From: an uncultured Bacilli bacterium
GTDB taxonomy: Bacteria; Bacillota_I; Bacilli_A; RF39; UBA660
Direction: 5' to 3'
Length of the DNA stretch: 46,135 bases
Assembly: GCA_944363885.1 (NCBI GenBank)
Contig: CALVVO010000003.1
Location: 1 to 46,135 of the forward strand
The first letter of the stretch is position 1. The number at the start of each line of letters is the position of its first letter. A model generated the notes under the pieces. The model made no database searches and was not told the origin of the DNA. It worked only from the letters and a program-made list of their open reading frames with translations. A program made the position numbers and the translations under genes. This document shows, piece after piece, positions 8,631 through 19,148 of this stretch.

Positions 8631-10802
8631 TTATATTGTTGATAAAGGATTTATGTTTATGTCTACATTAGTGTTAGTTTTAAGATAGTTATTAGTAAGA
8701 TTTTTTAAAACTTCAAGTATGTTTTCTTCTTTTTTGTATTTTATTATTATACTGAAATAGTATTTGTTATTTAATTTGAAAATGTTTGCTGTTGAAGGTC
8801 CTAGTATGATGAATTGTTCACTAAGATTATTTTTTAAATAGTCTTTAATTGTCATACTTTCTTTTTTTGCAGTTTCGTATTTTAAACTACTTATTTTTAT
8901 TTGAATTAAATAATAGTATGGTGGATATTTAAGTGTTTTTCTTATTAACATTTCATGGTTATAAAAATCTATATAATTGTGTTTTTTTAGGCATGTAAAA
9001 ACGTAGTTGTCTGGGTTAAATGTTTGTATTATTACTTCTCCTGGAAGTTCGTTTCTGCCACTTCTTCCACTTGTTTGCATGAGAATTTCAAATGTTTTTT
9101 CATGGCTTCTAAAGTCTGGAATATTTAAACTGTTGTCTGCATTTATTATGCCTACTAGTGTTACGTGTGGAAAGTTTAAACCTTTGGAAATCATTTGTGT
9201 TCCTACTAATATGTCGTATTCTCTATTTTTGAAACTTTCTATTAGTTTTTGATGACTTCCTTTTTTCGTTGTGGTGTCAATGTCCATTCTTAATACTTTT
9301 GATGTTGGAAACTCTTCTTGTATGTATTTTTCTAATTTTTCTGTTCCCATTCCTAACGTTAATAAACTTTCTTCTCCACATTTAGGGCATTTATCATTCA
9401 TTTTTATGCTATATCCGCAGTAGTGACATCTTAAATTGTTTGTAGTTTTATGGTATATTAGACTTATATCACAATGTGGGCATTTGTAAACATAACCGCA
9501 CGACGCGCAGCTGATGTATGTTGAATATCCTCGCCTATTTAATAATAATATTACTTGTTCTTTTTTTTCTAATCTGTCATTTATTTTTTGTTTTAATTCG
9601 CTACTTAAAATTGTATTTCTTTTTTTAATTTCTTTTGACATGTCAATTATTTTTATACTTGGCATTTGTTTGTTTATTCTATTTGGCATTTCTACTAATT
9701 TGTAAACACCTTTTACTCCTCTAGCATATTGTTCTAGTAATGGTGTTGCACTTCCCATTACTACAAAAGCTTTGTTGTTTTTTGCTCTTTCTATCGCCAG
9801 ATCTATTGTATTATATTTGGGATTGTTTTCTTGTTTGTATGAAGCACTGCTGCATTCGTCGATTATAATTAATCCTATGTTTTTTAGAGGCGCAAATATT
9901 GCACTTCTGGCACCGACTACTAGTTTTACTTCACATTTTAATATTTTTCTGTATTCATCATATTTTTCGCCCTCACTAAGTCTTGAATGTAGTATTGCAA
10001 CGTCATTTGAAAATTCACTACTTAGTCTTGATATTATTTGTGGTGTTAGACTTATTTCTGGCACAAGAAAAATTGCTGTTTGTCCACTATTTAAACAGTC
10101 TTTTATTAATTTTATATATATTTCTGTTTTACCGCTTCCAGTTACTCCATGCAAGAGTATTGTTTTGTTTTTACTATTTTTTATCTCATTATATGCTTCT
10201 TTTTGTTCTTGTGATAATTCAATTTTTTTCGGCGTTTCTTTATTTATTAAAATTTTTCTGTTTACTTCTTTTTTTGTTTCGCATACTATTCCGTTTTTAA
10301 TTAGTGTTTTTAGGCTTGAACTATTTATTTCACTTTTTAAAAGTTTGTTATTTTCTTTTAATTTGTTGATAATCTTTAATTGTGATTCACTAATTTTTTT
10401 GTTTTTTATGTATTCTTCAGTTTTCTCCCTGTTGGCTAATTTAATATACTTTTCATATTTTTTGTTTATGTTTGCTTTATGATCTGCTTTTAATGCTTTG
10501 GGAAACATTGCTTGGTAACAACTGATTAGTGATGAGATTGTTTGCTCGCTCATCCATTTCCCTAGCGTTAATAATTCGTCATTAATTATAAATCCTTCGT
10601 TTTCTATTTTTATAATTTCTTTGTATTCAATATTTTTATCTTCGTTTTTGTGTATGTTAAGAACAAACCCTTCTATATTTTGTTTTCCAAATGGCACTAG
10701 TACTTTCATCCCTTTTTTTACTTTGAGGTTTTCAGGTATTTTGTAGTCAAATACTTTATCAAGTTGTTTAATGTTATATTCTATTAATACACTTGCAATC
10801 AT
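8631..10802 (-). CDS. priA: primosomal protein N' (replication restart helicase PriA)
   Basis: 723 aa, Walker A GVTGSGKTE, DECSS box, Cys-rich zinc region CASCGYVYKCPHCD...CHYCGY...CPKCG. Confidence 0.93.
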   Translation of the reverse strand: MIASVLIEYNIKQLDKVFDYKIPENLKVKKGMKVLVPFGKQNIEGFVLNIHKNEDKNIEYKEIIKIENEGFIINDELLTLGKWMSEQTISSLISCYQAMFPKALKADHKANINKKYEKYIKLANREKTEEYIKNKKISESQLKIINKLKENNKLLKSEINSSSLKTLIKNGIVCETKKEVNRKILINKETPKKIELSQEQKEAYNEIKNSKNKTILLHGVTGSGKTEIYIKLIKDCLNSGQTAIFLVPEISLTPQIISRLSSEFSNDVAILHSRLSEGEKYDEYRKILKCEVKLVVGARSAIFAPLKNIGLIIIDECSSASYKQENNPKYNTIDLAIERAKNNKAFVVMGSATPLLEQYARGVKGVYKLVEMPNRINKQMPSIKIIDMSKEIKKRNTILSSELKQKINDRLEKKEQVILLLNRRGYSTYISCASCGYVYKCPHCDISLIYHKTTNNLRCHYCGYSIKMNDKCPKCGEESLLTLGMGTEKLEKYIQEEFPTSKVLRMDIDTTTKKGSHQKLIESFKNREYDILVGTQMISKGLNFPHVTLVGIINADNSLNIPDFRSHEKTFEILMQTSGRSGRNELPGEVIIQTFNPDNYVFTCLKKHNYIDFYNHEMLIRKTLKYPPYYYLIQIKISSLKYETAKKESMTIKDYLKNNLSEQFIILGPSTANIFKLNNKYYFSIIIKYKKEENILEVLKNLTNNYLKTNTNVDININPLSTI

Positions 10803-11332
10803 AAGTAATTCTCCACTTTTAAATATGGATTTGTCTTTTTTTCTTCGTTTAGATATGTACTTGGCCCATGGCCTGGATATATTTTTATGTTTTCTTCAAA
10901 TTTTATTATTTTTTTAAGGCTATTTATAATGTCTTTTTCATTGGCCCCTTCTAAGTCTGTTCTTCCAATACTACCTTTAAACATTAAGTCTCCAACAAAC
11001 ATTGAATTAATTTGCTTAAAATAAAATGTAACTGAACTGAAATGATGACCCTTTGTTTCTATTATTTCATAGTTAAAATCCGGAATTTTTTGTTTGTTTT
11101 TGTAGTCAATAATGGGACACTCAAAAGTATTCTCGCATTTATTCAATGCTTGAATGTGATCAAAATGATAATGTGTTATTAATATACCTTTTACATTTAA
11201 TTTAAAATCGGTTATGTATTTATTTATTTTTTCAAATTCATCACCTGGGTCTATTATTAAACAATCATTTTGTTTTTCTATTATATAACAATTTGTGTCT
11301 AATGGTCCTACTACTATTTTTTCTACTTTCAT
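10799..11332 (-). CDS. MBL-fold metallo-hydrolase (glyoxalase II-like)
   Basis: 177 aa, THYHFDH motif, later GHH and PGHG; ATGA overlap with priA. Confidence 0.8.
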   Translation of the reverse strand: MKVEKIVVGPLDTNCYIIEKQNDCLIIDPGDEFEKINKYITDFKLNVKGILITHYHFDHIQALNKCENTFECPIIDYKNKQKIPDFNYEIIETKGHHFSSVTFYFKQINSMFVGDLMFKGSIGRTDLEGANEKDIINSLKKIIKFEENIKIYPGHGPSTYLNEEKKTNPYLKVENYL

Positions 11333-11340
11333 TTTACTCC

Positions 11341-11823
11341 TTAAAACATGTCTATTATTTGATCTAATTTATCAACTACTAAAAAACCCTTTCCATTTCT
11401 TTTTTGAGAAAATCTAACGCTTATTCCGCCTTCACTTTCCCATTCCCTCAAATTATGGGCATAATCATCTATTAATATTGCTCCTTTGGTATGAATCATT
11501 TTTGTTTTTGAAATTTTCTTTGGAACTAGTATTATTGTAATGTCTTTAAAAAATTTTCTTAGGTATTCAACTTTGTCTATTCCTTCTTGTAAAGAATTTA
11601 TATGGGTTAATATACTAACGTTAAATTTTTTACTGTCTATTATTTTTTGTATACAATTTATACTGTCATTTAATATATTTTCATCTTTTAATACTTTTTT
11701 AAAATCAAATGTCTCGTAAAATTTTATATCACTTCTTTCTCTTCCTGCCTCATCTGCAGCTTGATATAAATGGGGTATAGTATCTAAAATAACTCCGTCA
11801 AAATCAATATATAGTTCCTTCAT
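11341..11823 (-). CDS. HAD-superfamily hydrolase, 5'(3')-deoxyribonucleotidase-like
   Basis: 160 aa, N-terminal DFDGVILD (DxDG) motif, C-terminal ILIDDYAHNL; AGGAGG RBS. Confidence 0.6.
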   Translation of the reverse strand: MKELYIDFDGVILDTIPHLYQAADEAGRERSDIKFYETFDFKKVLKDENILNDSINCIQKIIDSKKFNVSILTHINSLQEGIDKVEYLRKFFKDITIILVPKKISKTKMIHTKGAILIDDYAHNLREWESEGGISVRFSQKRNGKGFLVVDKLDQIIDMF

Positions 11824-11841
11824 TTTTTCCTCCTTATTCCA

Positions 11842-11870
11842 ATTCTATAACACGTACATTTATTTGTCAA
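11842..11870 (-). promoter_or_regulatory. sigma-A-type promoter for the HAD-MBL-priA-fmt operon
   Basis: TTGACA (11870..11865), 17-nt spacer, TAGAAT (11847..11842). Confidence 0.6.
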
Positions 11871-11918
11871 TGCATTTTATATAAATTATTATATGAATGT
11901 AATATTTAATTATTACTA

Positions 11919-12215
11919 TTAAAATTTAAATAAGTATTTATTTAAATTAACTTTGCCATTTGTTACTTTAATGTTTTCTTTTTCTAGTTTTTCTTTTTGC
12001 TTTTCTATTCCTCCAAAGGCATAGTTGTTACTAAGTTTTCCATTGCTACTTACTACTTTATAGCATGGATATTTGCTTTCGCTAGGATTTTTGTGGAGTA
12101 CATTTCCTACATGTCTACATAGGTTTTTATTTCCTAGTTTAATAGCTATTTCTTTATAAGTGGTTACTTTACCTTTGGGTATTGTTAATAATAGTTTATA
12201 AATTTCTTTGTTCAT
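11919..12215 (-). CDS. MGMT-family (methylated-DNA--protein-cysteine methyltransferase DNA-binding domain) protein
   Basis: 98 aa, IPKGKVTTYKEIA...HVGNVLHKNP...PCYKVVSSNGKL resembles the MGMT C-terminal domain; ATG 2 nt after the ABC permease stop. Confidence 0.7.
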   Translation of the reverse strand: MNKEIYKLLLTIPKGKVTTYKEIAIKLGNKNLCRHVGNVLHKNPSESKYPCYKVVSSNGKLSNNYAFGGIEKQKEKLEKENIKVTNGKVNLNKYLFKF

Positions 12216-12217
12216 TT

Positions 12218-15172
12218 TTACTCTACATATTTTAATGAATCTATCATGTCTATTTTCTTTATAGTTTTATTTATTATTAATTGTACTATTAAAGATAATA
12301 TTACTGTTATTATAACGGATATTACGTAACTGTACCATTCTATATTGTATAGAAAAAGTACACTTCCTGTTTGAGCCGTGTAAATTACGAATCTGTGCAA
12401 AAATACGCCTAATATTAAACCTAATAGTGAGCCAAATATTGTTAGTACAAATGTTTCTCTATATATAAATATAAATATTTCTTTACTGTTAAAACCTAAA
12501 ACTTTAAATGTCGCAATTTCTCTTTTTCTTTCTGTTACGTTAATTATTGTTAGGTTATATAATACTGCAAACGCTAATAATGATGCACATACTATAACTA
12601 AAACGATTAGTTCGTTGATGTTTTTTATTAAGTCATCAAATGTGTCTTCTATTTCACTAGTCTTTGTAATTAAATACATATTGTAATCTTCTAACTCGAT
12701 ATCGCTTGTTATATTTCCGTTTATTAAAATGTTGTTGTATTTTGGTTCAATGTTAAATATTTTTTCGTAGTAATTTGGGCTTATGTATATATAGTGCGAA
12801 ACATAGTTATAAATGATGTTATCAACTCGCATTATTATTAGTTCATTGTCACTATTTCTTATGCTTATGTTTTCTCCAACATCAACATTTAATTGTTCTG
12901 CCATTTGACTAGTTATTGTTACTCCATCATCTGATAAAGTTACTTCTTTTTCTGTTTCTGTGCTTTTTAATGATATGTAATTATTTAGTTCGTTTACATT
13001 ATTTGGCACGATTAAATATACAGTTTCTTCTTTTCCATCGTATTTATATGTGTATGTATTTTGATTAATTAATAAGTAGTTTGATATGTTGTCTTGATTA
13101 AATAGATTTTCCATTTTTTCATCTATTGTTTCTACTTCGTCTTTTAATGTTATCATTTCGTCATATTTTATTATGTCTTGATATTGTATTTTTGAAATGA
13201 TATTTATGCTATCGTTTAGTCCAAATCCTGTTAATAGTAATGCGGTGCAGCCTGATACACCTAAAATTGTCATTATTATTCTTTTTTTGTATCTGAATAG
13301 ATTTCTAGTAGTTATTTTGCTCATGAAGCTAAATTTATTCCATATGAAATTTACTCTTTCTACAAATATTTTCTTTCCTGATTTTGGTGCTTTTGGTCTT
13401 AGTAAATCTGCTGGTTTGCATTTTAGTTCTTTGCTGCACGCTATTATAGTTACCATTATCATTAAGAATAAAGTAAAAATAATTATTGTACATAGTGTAA
13501 TTGGATTTACAACTACTATATACTCTGGTAAATAGTAATTTGCTGTAAAAACACCATATATTAACTTTGATATAACTTGATAACCTAGGAATATTCCGAC
13601 TAATATTCCTATTATTGACGAAGTAAGTACATAGTATAAGTAACTTGAAATAATTCTTGTTTTACTAAATCCGTTTGATTGTAGTATTCCTATTTCTGTT
13701 CTTTCTTCTTCTATTAATCTACTAAGTGTGTTTAAACACATAAGTAAGGCAATTATAATGAAAAAAACTGGTAATATTTTAGAAATTGCTTCTACTTTTT
13801 CTGCATCGTCTTTGTAATTTTGGTATCCAGTGTTGTCGTTTCGGTCTAATAAATACCAAACCGGTTTTTCAATTTCTTCTAGTTCTTGTTTTGCTTTGTT
13901 AATTTGTTCTTCTGCGTCTTTTTTTGCATTTTCTAATTCGTTAACTCCACTATAATATTCTTCATAGCCTTCATCTAATTTGTCTTGTTCTTCTTGAATT
14001 TTGATTTCAAAATTGTATTTTTCCTGTTCGATTTCTTTTATTCCTTCTTCAATTTTTGTTAAGTTTGTGTTTATTTCTATTAAACTATTATATTGTGTTT
14101 CTAATGCATTTATTTGTAATTCTAAATTTTTATATTCTTCTGTTTCTGGCTCTATTAAATTGAGTTGTTCTTTAAGATTTGTTATTGTTTGATTTAAAAT
14201 GTTTATTGTCGTTCCAAGTTCGTTTACTTCAATGTTATTGTTTTTTAATTCATTTACTATAGCCTCTTTGTTGTTGATAAGATTGTTATAGCTTTTGTTT
14301 ATTGAGTTTAATGTTCCTTGTTTTGTTTTGTTTAATGTTTGTTGTCCTTCATCGAGTTCTTGTTTTGCTTCATTTAATTTGCTTTGATTTTTTGCTATCT
14401 CTTCATTTAGTTCATTTTGTATTTTTGTTATTTCATCGTAAGCTTCTTTCATTATCTCTTCGTATCTTATTGATTCTCGTATGGGCTTTAATAAGATTAA
14501 TTCTTCATATAATTCGTTTGCTTTTTCGTTATATTCGTTTTCATATGAATTTGTTTCTTCTGTTCCTTTTGCAATTATGTAACTTTCTGTGAAGTATTCA
14601 TAATTAAATGCTTCTCTTGGTATAAATGCAAATGATTCTAGTTTTCCATCCCCACTATTTGATATTCCATAACTACTGAACATGTATAATGCTGAATTTA
14701 TTGTTCCAACTACTTTACATCCATTGATGTTTAGGTATTCACTTGGTTCGTCAAAGGCTAGTATGTCGCCTACTTGATATTTGTTGCTGTCAGCAACGCA
14801 TTCATTGTTGTTTTCTGGCATACGTCCATCTATTAATTTTACTTTGTTAACTTCATTTTCTATGGCATGTAATCTTATAGAACTACCATTTGCCATTGTA
14901 TCTAATGAGTATGTTGCTATTACTTCTTTAACATTTTCTAAATTTTTTAATGATTCTATATCTTCATCAGTCAATCCATATGTACTAGTTATTTTATAGT
15001 CCATTAATTTGCTATCATCGTAGTATTTATCCGCAGTATAAAACATCCCTGGTGTTGACTCTTTTAACCCAAGGAAAAATCCGGTTCCAAGCATGATTAT
15101 CACTGAAATAGATATAAATCTTCCAAAAGATTTAAATATTTTTTTTATGCTGTTTTTAAATAGTAAACCCAT
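12218..15172 (-). CDS. ABC transporter permease, tandem FtsX/MacB-type with coiled-coil insertion
   Basis: about 984 aa; N-terminal TM, ectodomain, coiled coil of roughly 225 aa, TM cluster, second ectodomain, C-terminal FtsX-like TM cluster. ATG overlaps the ATPase stop (TAATG). Confidence 0.85.
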   Translation of the reverse strand: MGLLFKNSIKKIFKSFGRFISISVIIMLGTGFFLGLKESTPGMFYTADKYYDDSKLMDYKITSTYGLTDEDIESLKNLENVKEVIATYSLDTMANGSSIRLHAIENEVNKVKLIDGRMPENNNECVADSNKYQVGDILAFDEPSEYLNINGCKVVGTINSALYMFSSYGISNSGDGKLESFAFIPREAFNYEYFTESYIIAKGTEETNSYENEYNEKANELYEELILLKPIRESIRYEEIMKEAYDEITKIQNELNEEIAKNQSKLNEAKQELDEGQQTLNKTKQGTLNSINKSYNNLINNKEAIVNELKNNNIEVNELGTTINILNQTITNLKEQLNLIEPETEEYKNLELQINALETQYNSLIEINTNLTKIEEGIKEIEQEKYNFEIKIQEEQDKLDEGYEEYYSGVNELENAKKDAEEQINKAKQELEEIEKPVWYLLDRNDNTGYQNYKDDAEKVEAISKILPVFFIIIALLMCLNTLSRLIEEERTEIGILQSNGFSKTRIISSYLYYVLTSSIIGILVGIFLGYQVISKLIYGVFTANYYLPEYIVVVNPITLCTIIIFTLFLMIMVTIIACSKELKCKPADLLRPKAPKSGKKIFVERVNFIWNKFSFMSKITTRNLFRYKKRIIMTILGVSGCTALLLTGFGLNDSINIISKIQYQDIIKYDEMITLKDEVETIDEKMENLFNQDNISNYLLINQNTYTYKYDGKEETVYLIVPNNVNELNNYISLKSTETEKEVTLSDDGVTITSQMAEQLNVDVGENISIRNSDNELIIMRVDNIIYNYVSHYIYISPNYYEKIFNIEPKYNNILINGNITSDIELEDYNMYLITKTSEIEDTFDDLIKNINELIVLVIVCASLLAFAVLYNLTIINVTERKREIATFKVLGFNSKEIFIFIYRETFVLTIFGSLLGLILGVFLHRFVIYTAQTGSVLFLYNIEWYSYVISVIITVILSLIVQLIINKTIKKIDMIDSLKYVE

Positions 15173-15873
15173 TACCAATCAATCTCCTTAATATCTTTTG
15201 GCTTTTTGTTGATAATTAAATCACTTATTTTTCCGTTCTTCATTTTTATGACTTTATCTGCCATTTGAGATATTATTTGGTTATGTGTAATAATTACTAT
15301 AGTTATGTTGTATTTTTTGCCTATGTCTTGTAGAACTTCTAATACTTTTTTTCCAGTTATAGAATCTAATGCTCCTGTTGGTTCATCACATAGTAATAGT
15401 TTTGGCTTTTTGGCAATTGCTCTTGCTATTGCAACACGTTGTTGTTCTCCCCCTGATAGTTGACTAGGAAAATTGTTCATTCTTTTTGAAAGGCCAACTT
15501 TTTCTAAAACCTCTTTTGCTGGAATTGTATCTTTACATATTTGACTTGCTAATTCTACATTTTCAAGTGCTGTTAGATTTTGTACTAAATTGTAAAATTG
15601 AAAGACAAATCCTATATCGTTTCTTCTATAGTACGTTAACTTTTTGTCGCTATATTTTGATATGTCTTTTCCGTCTATGATTATACTGCCACTCGTTGGA
15701 GAGTCCATCCCACCAAGTATGTTTAAAATCGTTGTTTTTCCAGCTCCACTTGGGCCCAAGATTACTGTAAGTTCTCCTTCGTTTATTTCAAATGATACGT
15801 CATCTACTGCAAGTAATTTTATTTCTCCCATTGTATATTCTTTTGTTAAATTTTCAACTTTTATGTATGCCAT
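15172..15873 (-). CDS. ABC transporter ATP-binding protein (MacB/LolD-like)
   Basis: Walker [10 protein letters not shown], signature [14 protein letters not shown], Walker [13 protein letters not shown]. Confidence 0.92.
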   Translation of the reverse strand: MAYIKVENLTKEYTMGEIKLLAVDDVSFEINEGELTVILGPSGAGKTTILNILGGMDSPTSGSIIIDGKDISKYSDKKLTYYRRNDIGFVFQFYNLVQNLTALENVELASQICKDTIPAKEVLEKVGLSKRMNNFPSQLSGGEQQRVAIARAIAKKPKLLLCDEPTGALDSITGKKVLEVLQDIGKKYNITIVIITHNQIISQMADKVIKMKNGKISDLIINKKPKDIKEIDW

Positions 15874-15950
15874 AGATCCTCCATTTTAATGTTATTCCTA
15901 TTTATATTTTATCATTTTAAATTTTCTAGTAAATATTTATCACTATTTTT

Positions 15951-16601
15951 TCATTTTATGTTTACTACTTTTGCATTGTTATAAATTTTGTCCAAGTATT
16001 CATCTGGATAGTGCTTATCTAATAAAATTTCTATTTTATTGCTCGGTACTAAATTTTCTCTTCTTTCTTTTTGTCTATAGCAAGCTAAACCTGAAATTGT
16101 GGAGTCAACTAGGAAAATACAAGATATTATTATTATAAGTACTTTTACTTTTTTATCCTTTATTTTGATTTGTTCAATTATTGGCAAGATTAAATAGTAA
16201 AATAGTATTCCCAATAATCCCCATAAGATTGAATGAAATAAATTAATTCTGCCATTTATATTAAACATTTTTTTTGAATAATCCCAAGATATTGTGCCAA
16301 AAATATTTTGTTGCATGTATGAGCATATATATTCTATTAAGCTTCCAGCTAAAAATCCGATTATAAATATTTTTAATATTAAAAATTTGTCAGTTTTTTG
16401 CTTGTCTTTTAATAGAAAATACATGGTTAAAGCACCTAATCCATAGATTGGTATAAGTGGCTCATATATGAGTCCTTGTCTTAAAGCATAATTTCCTTTA
16501 ATTACAATAGTGTATAAATTTTCTAGTATAAAGCCAATAAAACTTCCAAATATAAATATTGTAAATAATAGACAATATTTTTCAAATTTAGTTTTTTTCA
16601 T
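15951..16601 (-). CDS. polytopic membrane protein resembling the 'putative ABC-transporter type IV' family
   Basis: 216 aa, 5-6 TM helices, motif RQGLIYEPLIPIYGLGA; family assignment is from memory of the Pfam family. Confidence 0.55.
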   Translation of the reverse strand: MKKTKFEKYCLLFTIFIFGSFIGFILENLYTIVIKGNYALRQGLIYEPLIPIYGLGALTMYFLLKDKQKTDKFLILKIFIIGFLAGSLIEYICSYMQQNIFGTISWDYSKKMFNINGRINLFHSILWGLLGILFYYLILPIIEQIKIKDKKVKVLIIIISCIFLVDSTISGLACYRQKERRENLVPSNKIEILLDKHYPDEYLDKIYNNAKVVNIK

Positions 16602-16614
16602 AATTATTTCCTTA

Positions 16615-17247
16615 TTATTTTAATTTTATTTCACATTTTATCTCTTTATTAATTAACTTTTTAAATTTTTCTGCATCACATTTATTTCCAACTATGCTAC
16701 CATAGTGTATTGGTATTACTATTTTTGGTTTTATTATGTTTGCGAGTTCAGCTGCTTCTTCATAATTCATTGTAAATGTTCCACCAATCGGTAAAAGTGC
16801 AACATCGCATTTTATTTTTTTGTTTTCTTCTGTAATGTCTGTATCTCCAGCTATGTAATAATTTTCGCCATTAATTTCTATTTTGTGTTCTACCGTGTTG
16901 TTAGTTTTTGGATGAATTTGTTTTTTGTTTTTATATGCTGGTATGGTCTCTATCTTTAATGTGTCAATTATGTATTTTTCATTTGGATTTACAATTATTA
17001 TATTTGAATTTTCAAAACCAAGTTCTTTTACTCTTTCTTTTAAATCTGATGTTATAATAATTTTTGTTTCTTTTTTTCTAACTTTTTTTATATCTTCTTC
17101 TGAATAATGATCGTAATGACTATGGGTTATGAATATGTAATCTGCATCATTATAGTTTTTATCTATTTTAAATGGATCAAAATAAATAGTTTTGCTATTT
17201 TTAATTTTTATAGAACTGTGTGTTAATACTAAAATATTTTCTAACAT
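16615..17247 (-). CDS. MBL-fold metal-dependent hydrolase
   Basis: THSHYDH motif. Start set at the internal ATG 17247 with AGGAGGA RBS immediately after the kinase stop. Confidence 0.75.
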   Translation of the reverse strand: MLENILVLTHSSIKIKNSKTIYFDPFKIDKNYNDADYIFITHSHYDHYSEEDIKKVRKKETKIIITSDLKERVKELGFENSNIIIVNPNEKYIIDTLKIETIPAYKNKKQIHPKTNNTVEHKIEINGENYYIAGDTDITEENKKIKCDVALLPIGGTFTMNYEEAAELANIIKPKIVIPIHYGSIVGNKCDAEKFKKLINKEIKCEIKLK

Positions 17248-17257
17248 TTTTCCTCCT

Positions 17258-18466
17258 TTATTTATAATATTTAATAGTAAAAATTGTACTTTTATTTGAT
17301 GAGGTCGCATTTATATTACCATTATCTTCTTCTATTATTGATTTTGATAATGCCAACCCAATTCCTATGCTATTCATGCTCGAATTTTTGCCTTTATAAA
17401 ATCTATCAAATATGTTTGGTAAATCTTTAGCTGAAATTCCTTCTCCAAAATCTTTAATTATAACTTTAGTATATACGTTATTTTGACTATATTCAATATA
17501 TATTTTTTGATTTTCTTTGGAATATTCTATGCAATTTTTTAATATATTTGTTATTGCTTCTACTTGCCATTTAAAGTCGCATAATATTTTTGTATTTTCT
17601 TCTCCTTTCACTATTATTTTTATATTTTTTAAATCACATAATGTTGATACATTCTTTATGGAATTTTGTATTATGTTTGCTAAAATTGTATTTTCTTTTT
17701 TGTATTCAATTGTGTTAGAATCAAATTTAGATAATTTCAACAAATTTTCTACTAAAAAGTTTATATTTAAAATATTACGCTTTATTTCTCGTATAAAGTT
17801 ATTTTTCGTTTTTTCATCCATTTTTTGATCTTCTATAATATTATCAAGCATTATTATAATACTAGTTAATGGTGTTCTTATTTGGTGCGATATATCTTCT
17901 AAACATTTTTTTAAATTTTGTTTATCATTTTTTGAATTTTCTGCTATTTCTTTTAACATTATGGTTGTTTTATATATTTCATTTTTTAATATAGATAATT
18001 CATCTTCAGAAATAGAATCTATTTTAAGTTCATAGTTTCTTTTATTTATTTGTTTTATATATTCTATGATTTCATTTATATTTTTTTCTTTTTTTCTATT
18101 ATATATGAAGAATACTGTCGTTATTATAATGAGAAATGTTATTGTTATGGCAGTATTTATTAGTAAAAATTTATTATATGTTTTATAGTTATCAATTAAA
18201 ATCGCTTCTTTATCAGTATTTAATCCATATTTTTTAAATGTGAATGTTTCTTTGCTTTCTTGATTTAAAATTGTTATGATTTCGTTTTCTGATAATAGTG
18301 GATATTTTGTTTTTAATATGTATATTATTTCTTCAATTTTATTGTTAAAGTTTTGGTTATATTTTTTGTATTCATATGTATTTATAATTGGAGTTATTAT
18401 CAAAAACATTATTGATATTAAAATAGTTAATTTTATATATTTTTTTAATTCTATTTTATTTTTCAT
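17258..18466 (-). CDS. sensor histidine kinase (HisKA/HATPase_c)
   Basis: two TM helices flanking a loop of about 75 aa, H-box SHQIRTPLTSI, G-boxes DFGEGI and GIGLALSK. Confidence 0.9.
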   Translation of the reverse strand: MKNKIELKKYIKLTILISIMFLIITPIINTYEYKKYNQNFNNKIEEIIYILKTKYPLLSENEIITILNQESKETFTFKKYGLNTDKEAILIDNYKTYNKFLLINTAITITFLIIITTVFFIYNRKKEKNINEIIEYIKQINKRNYELKIDSISEDELSILKNEIYKTTIMLKEIAENSKNDKQNLKKCLEDISHQIRTPLTSIIIMLDNIIEDQKMDEKTKNNFIREIKRNILNINFLVENLLKLSKFDSNTIEYKKENTILANIIQNSIKNVSTLCDLKNIKIIVKGEENTKILCDFKWQVEAITNILKNCIEYSKENQKIYIEYSQNNVYTKVIIKDFGEGISAKDLPNIFDRFYKGKNSSMNSIGIGLALSKSIIEEDNGNINATSSNKSTIFTIKYYK

Positions 18467-19112
18467 CTATTCTATATCCTATACCTTTGATTGTAATAAT
18501 AATATCAGTTCCTATTTTTTCTCTTATTCTTTTAAAATATACTGTTATAGTATGGTCATCAACATCGTTTCCTGTCCATTCCCAAATTTTATCTAATAAT
18601 ATGTCTCTGCTTATAACCTTATTTAAATTAGAAAATAATAAATTAATTATTTTTAATTCCAGCGGACTTAAACTTACTGGTATATTATTTTTATATAAAA
18701 TCATTTTATCTAAATCAAATATGATATCTTTAATTTGTATTTTATTTTGTTTTTGAAAGCGATTTATTATTTTATTTACTCTAGCTAATAATTCTTTAGT
18801 ACTAAAAGGTTTAGTCATGAAATCTTCTGCACCCAAATTTAGACATTTTACAATTTCATCTTCATCGTCTTTTGCTGTTAGAAAAATTGTTGGTATACCT
18901 AAATTTAATATTTCTTTTTTATATAGTTCCACACCATTTCCATCTGGTAGCATTATATCAAGAATTATTAAATTAATTTTTTTATTTTCATTTATGTATT
19001 TTAACGCATCACTGATATTAGTTTTATATATCAAATTGTAGTTGTTACTTTCAAAATAATATGATAAACCTTTTATTATAGATAAATTATCTTCAATTAA
19101 TAAAATATTCAT
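18456..19112 (-). CDS. OmpR-family response regulator
   Basis: receiver domain with DIMLPDGNG, winged-helix C-terminus GIGYRI; 11-nt overlap with the kinase gene. Confidence 0.92.
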   Translation of the reverse strand: MNILLIEDNLSIIKGLSYYFESNNYNLIYKTNISDALKYINENKKINLIILDIMLPDGNGVELYKKEILNLGIPTIFLTAKDDEDEIVKCLNLGAEDFMTKPFSTKELLARVNKIINRFQKQNKIQIKDIIFDLDKMILYKNNIPVSLSPLELKIINLLFSNLNKVISRDILLDKIWEWTGNDVDDHTITVYFKRIREKIGTDIIITIKGIGYRIDEK

Positions 19113-19134
19113 AATATAAACTCCCTTCTTTTAT

Positions 19135-19143
19135 ATTATACCA
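19135..19143 (-). promoter_or_regulatory. candidate extended -10 promoter (TGGTATAAT) for the two-component operon
   Basis: minus-strand TGGTATAAT about 20 nt upstream of the regulator RBS; no good -35. Confidence 0.4.
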
Positions 19144-19148
19144 TTTTT

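Noticed and set aside
9772-10482. 236-aa plus-strand ORF (and 9983..10300) antisense to priA
   Set aside because: Phe/Leu/Ser/Ile-rich, low-complexity product lying wholly inside a well-supported gene. This is the expected shadow ORF of AT-rich coding DNA.
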